From contig OZ223209.1 of the NCBI GenBank assembly GCA_965140415.1, positions 5,600,001 through 5,664,000 on the forward strand: a stretch of DNA of 64,000 bases, in the 5' to 3' direction. Source of the stretch: Myxococcota bacterium. GTDB lineage: Bacteria > Myxococcota_A > SURF-8. Under the pieces are notes generated by a model, which saw nothing but the letters and a program-made list of their open reading frames with translations, was not told the DNA's origin and did no database searches. Shown piece after piece: positions 42,213 to 52,324 of this stretch. The translations under genes and the position numbers were made by a program. Every line of letters starts with the position of its first letter. The stretch's first letter is position 1.

Positions 42213-43187
42213 ATGAGTACCGCTACCGCGCTTGCGCGGCCAAACATTGCGCTGATCAAATACTGGGGTAAACGGGATACGCACCTGAACCTGCCGGAAA
42301 CCGGTAGCCTGTCGCTTACGTTAAGTCGTTTCCACACCCGCACCACCGTAACTGTCGATCCTAACCGCAAGCAGGACCGTATTCTGTTGAACGGACAACT
42401 GGCCGTTGGGCGTGAAGCGGAGCGCGTCGTTTCCATGCTGGATCTCATTCGGCGGCGATACAACGTCACCGGCGCGGCGGAAGTCGTGAGCGAAAACAAT
42501 TTCCCAACCGCCTCCGGGCTGGCCTCTTCCGCCTCCGGTTTTGCGGCGCTGGTGTTGGCCGCAACCCATGCCTGGGAACTGGCTCCATCTTTCGATGAAC
42601 TGGCGGATCTGGCCCGGCGCGGTTCCGGTTCCGCTCCGCGTAGCCTGGCTGGTGGTCTGGCGCTCTATGCACCGGAAAAAGAAGGCGACACGCCACAATT
42701 GCAGCCATTAGGCTCGCTCGACCCCTTGCCACTTAATCTGCTGGTGGCTGTTACCACGCAGGAGGCGAAAAAAGTTGGTTCCACAGAAGGCATGCAACGC
42801 ACACGGGAGACCTCCCCTTATTATAAGGCCTGGATCGATCACAACCGCAGTTTATTGAAACGCGCCTGGCAGGCCGCCATCGATCGTGATTTCACGACGC
42901 TCGGCCAACTGACGGAAACCTCCTGTTTCGGTATGCATTCCGTGATGATGAGCGCGACTCCACCGTTGATCTATTGGAATCCGACAACGCTGGCGCTGAT
43001 TCAGAAAGTCTGGGAACTGCGCGAATCCGGCCTGGAAGCTTACGTGACCATCGATGCAGGTCCGCATGTCAAGGTGTTATGCCAACCCGAAAACAGCGAA
43101 CGCCTGCAAACGGAACTTTCCGATGTTGCAGGAGTACAGGAAGTCTGGATCGAAGAACCCGGCAGAGGCGCGGAGCTCCTACGATGA
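42213..43187 (+). CDS. mvaD: Diphosphomevalonate decarboxylase
   Basis: NIALIKYWGK, NNFPTASGLASSASG, ARRGSGSA, TIDAGPHVK. Confidence 0.96.
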   Translation: MSTATALARPNIALIKYWGKRDTHLNLPETGSLSLTLSRFHTRTTVTVDPNRKQDRILLNGQLAVGREAERVVSMLDLIRRRYNVTGAAEVVSENNFPTASGLASSASGFAALVLAATHAWELAPSFDELADLARRGSGSAPRSLAGGLALYAPEKEGDTPQLQPLGSLDPLPLNLLVAVTTQEAKKVGSTEGMQRTRETSPYYKAWIDHNRSLLKRAWQAAIDRDFTTLGQLTETSCFGMHSVMMSATPPLIYWNPTTLALIQKVWELRESGLEAYVTIDAGPHVKVLCQPENSERLQTELSDVAGVQEVWIEEPGRGAELLR

Positions 43188-44170
43188 AGGAACACGGTTT
43201 TCCTTGCCTGTCCGCTGCCGGCAAGCTGGTGCTGCTGGGTGAATACGCGGTCGCATTCGGCAAACCGGGGTTGGTGATGGCGGTAAATCGGCGCGTTCGA
43301 CTGACTCCTCATGATCCAACTCCCGAAGCTTCGACAACCACTGATACGGCTCCCGATCTAGTGCGCTTTGTACGTGAAGCGACAGCCCGGCAGTTGGGCG
43401 TTCAGTTGGACAATCGCTGCTGGTTGGCGGATTCGTCATGTTTTTCGCAGGATAGCATCAAACTGGGACTGGGTAGCAGCGCCGCCGTGGCAACGGTCAG
43501 TGCGGCGTCGGTCTTTACCGAGCAAGGAAAAGATATCACGGCTTTCGAAACCCGGCGGCAACTGTGGACTATCGCGCAGCAGGCGCACAATACGTATTTT
43601 TCCAGTAACGGCAGCGGCATCGACATCGCCGCGTCGCTCTTTGGCGGTTTGCTACAGATGCGACCTGCGACAAAGGAAGCTCCCGTAGGTTTCAAATCGC
43701 TTACGTGGCCTCGCGAATTGCAATTGGTCACGGTCTGGACGGGCAAGGCGGCTTCCACACCGATACTGCTGCAAAAAGTGCGAGAGTATAAACAACGCCA
43801 CCCCGAAGAATTTCAGGAACGTATCGACGCCATGGAGGCTGCTGTCAACAATGTGCTGCAAAACATCGATGATGCTGAAACCTGGTGCAGTGAAGCACAA
43901 CGATATATGAAACTGATGGACGAGTTAGGGATCGCCTCCGGCGCGGAGATCGTCACTCCCGCCATGAAACGTATCGCCCGCTGGGCGCAAACCTGCGGCG
44001 GCTACGCCAAGCCTTCCGGGGCGGGGGGTGGCGACATGCTGCTGGTTTTCTTTCCCAAACAGGGAGATCCCGAACGTTTTAAGCAAGGTCTTTCAAACGA
44101 GGACGGGCTGTGCATCCAATTGACGCGCGACGAGCGCGGCGTGAATGCCTGCGCAAAAGAGGAAGGATAG
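43184..44170 (+). CDS. Phosphomevalonate kinase (GHMP family)
   Basis: GKLVLLGEYAV, KLGLGSSAA, GSGIDIAAS, KPSGAGGGD; ATGA overlap with mvaD. Confidence 0.9.
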   Translation: MKEHGFPCLSAAGKLVLLGEYAVAFGKPGLVMAVNRRVRLTPHDPTPEASTTTDTAPDLVRFVREATARQLGVQLDNRCWLADSSCFSQDSIKLGLGSSAAVATVSAASVFTEQGKDITAFETRRQLWTIAQQAHNTYFSSNGSGIDIAASLFGGLLQMRPATKEAPVGFKSLTWPRELQLVTVWTGKAASTPILLQKVREYKQRHPEEFQERIDAMEAAVNNVLQNIDDAETWCSEAQRYMKLMDELGIASGAEIVTPAMKRIARWAQTCGGYAKPSGAGGGDMLLVFFPKQGDPERFKQGLSNEDGLCIQLTRDERGVNACAKEEG

Positions 44171-44174
44171 GTTT

Positions 44175-45365
44175 ATGAGCGAAACAAAGAGAAGCTCTCG
44201 CCGTTCCGGTTGGCATCGACTCAGTCCCGAACAGCGCATTGCGGAACTGGCCATCTGGTTGGGTCGGGATTACGACCGCTTGCAGGCGAACCTGCAAGAT
44301 GGCGGCTTGAGCACCGCCATGGCCGACTCGCTGGTGGAAAATGTCTGCGGACGTTTCGCCCTGCCGTTTTCGCTGGCGGCCAATGTCCTCGTCAACGGAA
44401 ACGACGTGTTGATTCCCATGGTGGTGGAGGAACCGTCGGTGGTGGCGGCCTGCTCGAATGCGGCTCGTATGGTGCGCGAAGGCGGTGGCTTTTTCGCCGA
44501 AGCCGACGATCCGGTGATGATCTGTCAGATTCAGCTTTTCGATGCCGCACACGAGCACATCGAAACCGTGGTCAAACAACACCGAGAGGAATTACTGGAA
44601 CTGGCGCGGCGGCAGGACGATGCACTGTGCGCGCTGGGAGGCGGCCCGCGCGATCTGGAAGTCAGAAGCATTCAAGATGCCGAGGGCGCATACCAGTTCA
44701 GTGTCGTACATATTTCGGTCGACGTGCGCGACGCCATGGGAGCCAACGCCGTCAACAGCATGGGCGAAGCCATCGCCCCGCGACTGGAAGAGCTTACCGG
44801 AGCGCGTAGCGGGTTGCGCATACTCTCCAACCTGGCCGACCGTCGCCTGGTGCGGGTCCGCTTTGAATGTCCCGCCGATGCACTGGCTTTAAAAGGTTTT
44901 CCCCCGGAACAGGTGGTGGACGGTATCGTGGCGGCGTCCCATTTTGCAGAACTGGACCCCTATCGCGCCACCACCCACAATAAAGGACTCATGAACGGTG
45001 TAGACCCGGTGCTACTGGCCACCGGCAACGATTGGCGCGCCGTGGAAGCCGGAGCGCACGCCTATGCATCTAAAAGTGGATGCTACCGGCCACTGTCCAC
45101 CTTCAGAAAAGGAGAACAGGGTCAACTGATCGGAAAACTGGAACTGCCCATGGCGGTGGGCACCGTTGGCGGCGCGACGCGACTGCATCCGCTGGCAAGA
45201 CTTTCATTGGCTATCATGGACGTTCATTCGGCGGGTGAACTGGCGATGCTGGCGGCGACCGCCGGGCTGGCCACCAATCTGGCCTCTTTGCGCGCACTTT
45301 CCACCGAGGGTATCCAGAAGGGTCACATGCGCCTGCACCGCCGCAGTCGCCATTTACAAGAATAG
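44175..45365 (+). CDS. mvaA: Class II hydroxymethylglutaryl-CoA reductase
   Basis: ENVCG, PMVVEEPSVVAA, DAMGAN, ILSNL, RATTHNKGLMNG, TGNDWRA, GIQKGHM. Confidence 0.95.
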   Translation: MSETKRSSRRSGWHRLSPEQRIAELAIWLGRDYDRLQANLQDGGLSTAMADSLVENVCGRFALPFSLAANVLVNGNDVLIPMVVEEPSVVAACSNAARMVREGGGFFAEADDPVMICQIQLFDAAHEHIETVVKQHREELLELARRQDDALCALGGGPRDLEVRSIQDAEGAYQFSVVHISVDVRDAMGANAVNSMGEAIAPRLEELTGARSGLRILSNLADRRLVRVRFECPADALALKGFPPEQVVDGIVAASHFAELDPYRATTHNKGLMNGVDPVLLATGNDWRAVEAGAHAYASKSGCYRPLSTFRKGEQGQLIGKLELPMAVGTVGGATRLHPLARLSLAIMDVHSAGELAMLAATAGLATNLASLRALSTEGIQKGHMRLHRRSRHLQE

Positions 45366-45625
45366 CTGTATCTTATTGAAATAACGTGCTATAATTACAG
45401 AATTGATTGTTTTCCATCATTCAAGGGACTCGGCCAACCGATAGGGAAAGATGGAAATTTCCACGGGGAATCGAATCATTCCGGTTGATTATTCGCGAAA
45501 CTATGGTAAACCGATACCAGCGAATTTGGCCGGGGGACGGCCCCTGAAGTGAAACTTGCTTATAACGCTCGGACATCGGAAGCATGGATAACATCGAAGG
45601 GGATTTTCGAGCATCGGAGAACGAT

Positions 45626-46915
45626 ATGCCAACCGGACTTGAGGCACTGTCCGTTTACATTCCAGCTCACTACCTCGACGCACGTGAGTTGGCCAACGTC
45701 AATGAAGTCGATCCACGGAAGTACACTGTCGGCATCGGCATTCATCAGATTTCCATTACCTCGCCGCATGAAGACTCGGTGACGATGGCTCATCAGGCGG
45801 CGCAGTCGTTGTTGACCGAATACGACATCGACCCGGCGGATATCGGAATGTTGATCGTCGGCTCGGAAACGAGCGTCGATGCCGCCAAGCCGATCGCAGC
45901 CTACGTGCACGGCCTATTGGGTCTGCCTTCCAATTGCCGCACCTTCGACACCAAGCATGCCTGTTACAGCGCCACCGCCGCATTGCGCATGGCGCGAAGC
46001 TGGTGCAGCGAAGCAGGGAAAGGCCGCAAAGCGCTGGTCATCGCCAGCGACATCGCCCGCTACGAAGTCGGCTCGCCCGGCGAACCCACCCAGGGCGCAG
46101 GCGCGGTGGCCATGCTGGTCAGCGACAAACCTTCGCTACTGGTTTTCGACGATTTCCCGGAAGCCTATTACACCGAAGACGTGATGGACTTCTGGCGGCC
46201 CAACTATCGCAACACGGCGCTGGTGCAGGGGAACCTGTCGATTGAAAGCTACTTGAAGGCGCTGGAAAGCACCTACGAACTGTACCAGCGGCAGTCGGAA
46301 TTAAGCTGGGAAGACTACGATTACATGCTGTTCCACGTTCCGTTTCCAAAAATGGCCAGCAAAGCTTTTCACAGATTGTGCGAAGTCGATGCGCGCCGGG
46401 GAGACATGCAGGCGCTGGAACTGATGTTGAAACAATTCAAGCTGCGCACGCAACCTTACTTGCAGGCCAACAGCCAAACCGGCAACCTGTATTCGGGAGC
46501 ACTGTATCTCTCGCTGGCGGAACTGCTGAGTTCACAGGCCGCCGACCAGCCCGGTCGCCGGGTGGGACTGTTCTCCTACGGCAGCGGCTGCTGTGGCGAA
46601 TACTTCAGCGGATTGATCGGTGATGGCGCCCGTCACTGCCGGGAGAAAATCGGTCTTTTCGCCGCGCTGGAGAATCGCTCCGAACTCAGCTACGAAAAAT
46701 ACCTGAGCTTCCGCAAACGCTCGGAAAAAATGGCGGATGACGGCTCCTACCATTTGGAGTTGAGCTGCGACGGCAGCAGTTGCCCCGGTGGCGCGGTATT
46801 TTTAGGCATCGAGGAAGACAGGCGGTTGTACTGTGTAGCCGAGCGGGCACAAGTCTGTCGACGCGAACCGCGCATTCAGCCTGCTCGACGCCCCAATCTG
46901 GTAGCGGTGCGCTAA
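45626..46915 (+). CDS. mvaS: Hydroxymethylglutaryl-CoA synthase
   Basis: VGSETSVD, KHACYS, GEPTQGAGA, DFWRP, FHVPF, GNLYSG, FSYGSG. Confidence 0.95.
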   Translation: MPTGLEALSVYIPAHYLDARELANVNEVDPRKYTVGIGIHQISITSPHEDSVTMAHQAAQSLLTEYDIDPADIGMLIVGSETSVDAAKPIAAYVHGLLGLPSNCRTFDTKHACYSATAALRMARSWCSEAGKGRKALVIASDIARYEVGSPGEPTQGAGAVAMLVSDKPSLLVFDDFPEAYYTEDVMDFWRPNYRNTALVQGNLSIESYLKALESTYELYQRQSELSWEDYDYMLFHVPFPKMASKAFHRLCEVDARRGDMQALELMLKQFKLRTQPYLQANSQTGNLYSGALYLSLAELLSSQAADQPGRRVGLFSYGSGCCGEYFSGLIGDGARHCREKIGLFAALENRSELSYEKYLSFRKRSEKMADDGSYHLELSCDGSSCPGGAVFLGIEEDRRLYCVAERAQVCRREPRIQPARRPNLVAVR

Positions 46916-46947
46916 CTGATATCCGCTCTACTCCTACTACAAACAGA

Positions 46948-46975
46948 ACAGGAGCGGGACAATGCCCGCTCCTGT
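46948..46975. terminator. Hairpin between convergent genes, probable terminator
   Basis: ACAGGAGCGGG-ACAATG-CCCGCTCCTGT. Confidence 0.55.
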
Positions 46976-47002
46976 CAGATTCCATTCCCTTATAAAAACG
47001 AT

Positions 47003-48007
47003 TTACTCCGCATAGGGTTCCGCGTAAGCCGTTCCCCAGTGCAAGTCCTTGGAGTTGAGAATACGGAAGGTTTTGCTTGCCGTGTCTACTTCCACGATCA
47101 GGTAGTTGTCCGGGTCGTAGCGTGTCGCACCCAGCACCATGTGCTGCGGGCCGTACATGTCGCCAAAGTTGATCCAGCGATGCGTGTGACCGGCGAAGAA
47201 CAGGCGGATGTCGTCTTTGTACTGACGCAGCAGCCGCTGCAAGCCCAGGTCTTCTCCCTCGGTCGGAATCACCAGCGGCAGCATGTAATGCATGAACAGG
47301 AAAGAGGGCATCCCTTCCGCGAGTTGATCGTTCAGCCAGTTCAGTTGCGTTTCACCCAAACTGCCTAAGTCGGTCTGGAAATTGTCACTGTCCGCATCCC
47401 AGGTTTCGCCCAGGAAATTATTAAGCAGGATAAAACGGAAACCGTGCAGATCCACCGAATAGTAGGGATCGACACCGAATTTCTCCTTGAACAGTTCGTG
47501 TGTCGTTTCGCGCGTGATGTTCTTGACATCATAGTCGTGATTGCCCAGCGTAATATGCACCGGCATGTCGAAACCATCGAAGATTTCTTTGGCGATATCG
47601 AAGCGGGTTCGGTTGTTGCGCACGAATTCGGCGCTGTCGTTGGGGTAATTGTGAATGATGTCACCCGGCACGAAAACCGCTTCCGGTTGCGGATCGAGTG
47701 CGTTGATCGCATCACGCACCGCCTTCAGGCGCTCATCGGTCACTGCCACCGTGTCGGTGTCGAGTTGATTCCCTTCCTGGCCATCGTAATAGTCGTCGCA
47801 AACATGCGGATCGGTGATGACGGCAAAGCGGAAGGTACGCGGCGTTTCGGCTTCCGGCGTGGTTTCATCCTGAATCTTGGCCAGCGGTTGATTGCTTTGC
47901 GGCAGGGGTGCGTCTTCGTAGCAGGCGGCGATCAACAGCAATGCGGCCATGCAAAACAGGAACATTGAAAACGGTCTGTTATGGGTATAGCGTCGAATAT
48001 ATGTCAT
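47003..48007 (-). CDS. Calcineurin-like metallophosphoesterase lipoprotein
   Basis: ITDPH, PGDI, GNHD, FMH, GHTH motifs; lipobox IAAC. Confidence 0.88.
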   Translation of the reverse strand: MTYIRRYTHNRPFSMFLFCMAALLLIAACYEDAPLPQSNQPLAKIQDETTPEAETPRTFRFAVITDPHVCDDYYDGQEGNQLDTDTVAVTDERLKAVRDAINALDPQPEAVFVPGDIIHNYPNDSAEFVRNNRTRFDIAKEIFDGFDMPVHITLGNHDYDVKNITRETTHELFKEKFGVDPYYSVDLHGFRFILLNNFLGETWDADSDNFQTDLGSLGETQLNWLNDQLAEGMPSFLFMHYMLPLVIPTEGEDLGLQRLLRQYKDDIRLFFAGHTHRWINFGDMYGPQHMVLGATRYDPDNYLIVEVDTASKTFRILNSKDLHWGTAYAEPYAE

Positions 48008-48044
48008 GGTTTTCACCTTTTCCTTATTGAATTCCCGGTTTCGC

Positions 48045-50189
48045 TTACATGCCGCCCATCGAAGAGGCGGAGGACATGATCTTCTGCTGCATGGCATTGG
48101 TCATGCGTGGATCGGCCATTTTGAATCCCTCGACAAAACCGTATTCGGTTACATCGCCTTTAACGATGTTGCCCATGTCCAGCCACAACAAGCCGTTATA
48201 CGATGCGGATTTCCAGGGAATGTAGGCTTGATCGCCCGCGATGCCGTCCGGTGCGGAAAACGGATAAGGCGTTTCGTGCGAGATTTCCGCCGGAGGATCG
48301 GGAATGTAGTAGGCGTCCACGAATTCCGGCTGCGCGAAGTGATCGTAATCGCGACCCGAATCGGGTTGACAGTCCATGTCGTAGAAGAAAATATCAGCCA
48401 GTCCGTTGGGGTCGATGGTCGATTCGATTAAAATCGCCTCTTCGCCGTTTTCATCACTGTAACGCGCCACAACCGTTGTGCCGTCCGGAATTTGCAGCAT
48501 GCCATCTTCCTGAACGATCTGAGCCTGGGTTGCCTGCGCCGTGGCCAGCGATCCGCCGAAGAATCCGACGATGACATCGTCTTCCGTCAATGTTACCGGT
48601 TCCCGATCCAATACGACCGGCTCACCACTCTGCTCTTCAGTCGGAATCAGAATCGAGTAAAGCGTGATGGCTGCCGTATCGTTGGCCGCGCCTTCGGTGG
48701 CGTCGCCAACGGGACCGCGATCATGCAGCAGAATCGGCAAAGCGTCGCCCGGCGTAAAGCTTTCGAAATCGAAACCCAGCCTGGCGCACTCGAAGGATTT
48801 CAAGAAAGCATAGCGGCCATCGAAAGGATTGGTTCCGATATTGCCGATGAATTCCCGGAATGGATAGGGGCGCGAGTAGAAGGTGTTGACGTCCAGTTGA
48901 ATCGTGTCCGCCGGAATGCCCGCCATCGGCAAGAAGCCGATCAGCATGGCCGGTAAGGCTTCGCCGTTATCCTGTCCCACCGAATCGACCAGTTGCAGAA
49001 TCGAAGAGTCGATGCCTTCGATTCCCATCAAGGAAAGCAGATCCTCAAAGCCGATCGCCTTACGCAGAAAATCGGCGAAGACGCCCATCATCATCATCAG
49101 ATCGGTTTCCAGCCGCAGGCGCGTGTCGTCTTTGCCGTCAAGATGCTCGATCATGCGGTCCAGGGTATTCATCACCGACAGATCTTCCCCGTTCCAAAGT
49201 AGTGACACTTTCGTTGTGCCGGTATTGAAGCTACCCTGCATCGCGAAATGCTCGACGCGCTTGACGGTCAGGCTGTCGTTCTGGACCATGACGTCGTCGG
49301 ACTGCTTGTCGGTTTCCACCGCCATCAGCCGGAAAGCCTGCCGAGCATCGGCCACGCTGGTGGTCAGGCTGGCTTTGGAGCGTGTCCAGGCGGCCAGTCC
49401 CTCCGCGCCGCGAATGGTCAATAACTCCGTGTCTTTGTCGAACAGTTCCACCAATAGCGCCAACGGGTCCGGGTTTTCCTCGTTGATCTCCGAGCCGATA
49501 TCTCCGAACTTGAAATCGATCTGCTGCGAATCCATCAACACGATCACGCTGTATACCATGTTGGTGATGGCAGACAGGAAGTGCACGTCGGCCAGATCCC
49601 ACTCGCTGTGCAGGTTCATGTACTCTTTCTGACGGAAAATCACGGGATAGCTTTCCAGCGTGAAGGTGAATTCCTCCAGCTGTTTCAGGCTATCCAGCCG
49701 CGTGATCTGATCTTCCATCTCCGCGCGCAGGCTTTGAATAATGTTGCTGGCCAGTTCCGGTGGTCCACCACTGCCGTCTTCGGCTTTAAAAGCACCGCTT
49801 TTTTGCACGCTGCTTCCAGCGCCGCTGACTTGCACCGGTTCCAGGTATTGCTCGTCGCCGGCGACAAGACCTATTCCGGTATCGATCAAGCCCATCCAGT
49901 TCTGCAAGGTTGCCAGACAATAGCCGAAGGTGGCCTGGCTGTTTTCGGGATAGTTGATACTGGCCACCCGAAAGGTGTCGTAGGCAGCCTGGCTTTCACC
50001 TGCCGCCAAATAGCGCTTGCCCTGTTCGATCAGGTTATCTGCCGAAGCGGGATCGTCGCCGTCCGTTTCCTGGTCGCCGTCGATGTCGCCGTCCGGGTTG
50101 TCGTCGGAGCTTCCGCAAGCGACACTGACAAGCAGGATCAGCAGGCTGAATGCAACAAATATCAGGTATTGAAATCGGGTCATCTTCAT
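48045..50189 (-). CDS. Large acidic lipoprotein with DGD linker and TPR-like N-terminus
   Basis: Lipobox SVAC then DGDIDGDQETDGD. Confidence 0.7.
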   Translation of the reverse strand: MKMTRFQYLIFVAFSLLILLVSVACGSSDDNPDGDIDGDQETDGDDPASADNLIEQGKRYLAAGESQAAYDTFRVASINYPENSQATFGYCLATLQNWMGLIDTGIGLVAGDEQYLEPVQVSGAGSSVQKSGAFKAEDGSGGPPELASNIIQSLRAEMEDQITRLDSLKQLEEFTFTLESYPVIFRQKEYMNLHSEWDLADVHFLSAITNMVYSVIVLMDSQQIDFKFGDIGSEINEENPDPLALLVELFDKDTELLTIRGAEGLAAWTRSKASLTTSVADARQAFRLMAVETDKQSDDVMVQNDSLTVKRVEHFAMQGSFNTGTTKVSLLWNGEDLSVMNTLDRMIEHLDGKDDTRLRLETDLMMMMGVFADFLRKAIGFEDLLSLMGIEGIDSSILQLVDSVGQDNGEALPAMLIGFLPMAGIPADTIQLDVNTFYSRPYPFREFIGNIGTNPFDGRYAFLKSFECARLGFDFESFTPGDALPILLHDRGPVGDATEGAANDTAAITLYSILIPTEEQSGEPVVLDREPVTLTEDDVIVGFFGGSLATAQATQAQIVQEDGMLQIPDGTTVVARYSDENGEEAILIESTIDPNGLADIFFYDMDCQPDSGRDYDHFAQPEFVDAYYIPDPPAEISHETPYPFSAPDGIAGDQAYIPWKSASYNGLLWLDMGNIVKGDVTEYGFVEGFKMADPRMTNAMQQKIMSSASSMGGM

Positions 50190-50381
50190 GCTCTGGCCTT
50201 CCTCTGCGGCAAAGATACACTTTTTCGCCGCTGCTGCGTTTGAAATGGTCTGTGGCATTGAATGGACGAACTTCGCCCGAAACTCAGGCTATGTGCTAGC
50301 GGAGCAAATTTCAAGTTAAAAACGCATCATTTCGTTTGCCGGGGTGCATGACAAGAGATTGCAGAAAAGGTCATCACAGAT

Positions 50382-50442
50382 TGTCGGACAAAATTCTTGT
50401 CCAACATGAATTCTTGTCGGTCAGAAAATCTGACCGACCTAC
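50382..50442. repeat. GTAG REP doublet (family C), unoccupied
   Basis: TGTCGGACAAAATTCTTGTCCAACA...TGTCGGTCAGAAAATCTGACCGACCTAC. Confidence 0.88.
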
Positions 50443-50468
50443 TATACCTGCCGCCATCATATGATTCT

Positions 50469-52043
50469 TTAGGATACGGCCTGTACGCTCGATGTGTCCC
50501 ACGCGCCCCGGTCGTTTTGCACGATTTCTTCCCGCAGGGTAGCCCAGTCGGCCCGCAACTGCTTGACATGACGGTGGAAACCTTCCATGGAAACCAGGAA
50601 GATGATGGCGATATTCGGGGAAATCTTTTTCTGCCGAACCAGCTTCATCAATTCCAGAAACAGCTTCCGCTTGTGTTTGTCGCCAGTCAGCAAATAGCTT
50701 CGAATCAGCATGGCGGTTGCTTTGGCTTTAAAGGCCACCCCGGCGTTGGGATCGTCGAAAGTGTATTGGAACGCGCCGTTGCTAAACAGATTCAGCGCTT
50801 TTTCCCCGATCTGCTCGAACGAATACATTCGTTCCAGCGTTTCCACGTAGCGGTCGAAGATGTCCACATGCGACATATTCATATAGCGGAACGGTGGAAA
50901 CATCCCGGCAGCCATTACCGTCGGCGTGCCGTACAAGCGACCTTCTTTTTCCATGCGCTCGTAAATATCCGTTCCAGGAGCGATGCCCAATACGTTGATC
51001 ATCACCAGCGGCAGATTGACCTCGCGCGAGAACGCCTCGATGTGATCGAACTCGTCCAGCGTGTCATGGTCGAAACCGATGATGAACGCCCCGATGATCT
51101 GAATGCCTGCCGCATGAATGCGGTCGATGGCCTGTTTGTAATCGTCGGCCTTGTTATGCAACTTGCGCGTTTCCACCAGGCAGTCGGGATTCACGGATTC
51201 AAAACCGACCAGGATGTACTGGCAACCGGCTTTGGCCATTTTATCCAGCAGTACGGGATCTTTGGAGACATCGATACTGGCCTGGCAGGTCCAGGATAGA
51301 TTCAGCGGCTCAAGCCGGTCCATCAACTCCATGGCATACTTCTTGTTCATCGTAAGATTGTCGTCTACGAAAAACAGAATTTTGGAAGGCAGCGACTCGA
51401 TTTCGGCGATGACATCGTCGATCTCGCGATAGCGCATCCGGTTGCCCTGCATTTTCGTGACCAGACAGAATTCGCAACGGAAAGGACAGCCACGTGAAAT
51501 CTGCACGCCCAAAGCCAGAATCTTGTCGGTATCGATCAGATCCCAGCGCGGACGCGGCGAGGAACGAAATTCGCAAACGGCTTCGGCCTGATAGCTCGAC
51601 TTCAACTCACCACGCTCGAAATCGGCCAGAATATCTTGCCAGATATCCTCCATCTCACCCACCGCCACGCAATCCGCGTGCTGCAAGCCTTCTTCGATCA
51701 TGTAAGAGGAATAGGCACCGCCGAGAATAACGGGCACCCCTTTTGAACGGTACCAGTCCGCCAGTTCGTAGGCGCGATGAACGGTATGGTTTTTTGTAGT
51801 GATTCCAACCAGATCGGGAAGGACATCTTCCGGCACGGAGCAAATATCTTCGTCGATAATGGTGATATCGTAATGGTCCGGCGTCAGAGCGGCCAACGTG
51901 GGCAATGCCAACGGAGTAGTAAACGTGCGCTTACCCAATAGATGACATAATTCCGTTTGGCGAGCGAACAGGGTGTGCTGCTGCCGCCCGTTGATTAGAA
52001 ACAGTTTGCGTTTTCCCGTTGTGTTGCTAGAGACCGCTCCCAT
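50469..52043 (-). CDS. B12-binding radical SAM protein
   Basis: PLALPTLAALTP, VILGG, VGEME, SRGCPFRCEFC, FFVDDN, VGFES, FIIGFDHD. Confidence 0.9.
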   Translation of the reverse strand: MGAVSSNTTGKRKLFLINGRQQHTLFARQTELCHLLGKRTFTTPLALPTLAALTPDHYDITIIDEDICSVPEDVLPDLVGITTKNHTVHRAYELADWYRSKGVPVILGGAYSSYMIEEGLQHADCVAVGEMEDIWQDILADFERGELKSSYQAEAVCEFRSSPRPRWDLIDTDKILALGVQISRGCPFRCEFCLVTKMQGNRMRYREIDDVIAEIESLPSKILFFVDDNLTMNKKYAMELMDRLEPLNLSWTCQASIDVSKDPVLLDKMAKAGCQYILVGFESVNPDCLVETRKLHNKADDYKQAIDRIHAAGIQIIGAFIIGFDHDTLDEFDHIEAFSREVNLPLVMINVLGIAPGTDIYERMEKEGRLYGTPTVMAAGMFPPFRYMNMSHVDIFDRYVETLERMYSFEQIGEKALNLFSNGAFQYTFDDPNAGVAFKAKATAMLIRSYLLTGDKHKRKLFLELMKLVRQKKISPNIAIIFLVSMEGFHRHVKQLRADWATLREEIVQNDRGAWDTSSVQAVS

Positions 52044-52324
52044 CCCCGTGCCGATCCTTTCCGTTTCGTGATCCATTGCACAAAATCTGCAATGTTTTTT
52101 AATTTTATAAAATAGACGAATGATTCCCTTGAGTCGGATCATAGCACCGTTCCGCAATTTTACCAGGAGTAAAATTACGAAAATTCCTTCCTTGATAGTG
52201 GCTTTGTGAATTTCTGAATGCTCGCCGCACCTGTATGGAAAACGTTGCCTTTTATTTCACTGGGAATTGAAAGAAATCCGGATTCCAGGTATGATCCGAA
52301 CTCCTATTCTTACAGGAGGTTCCA

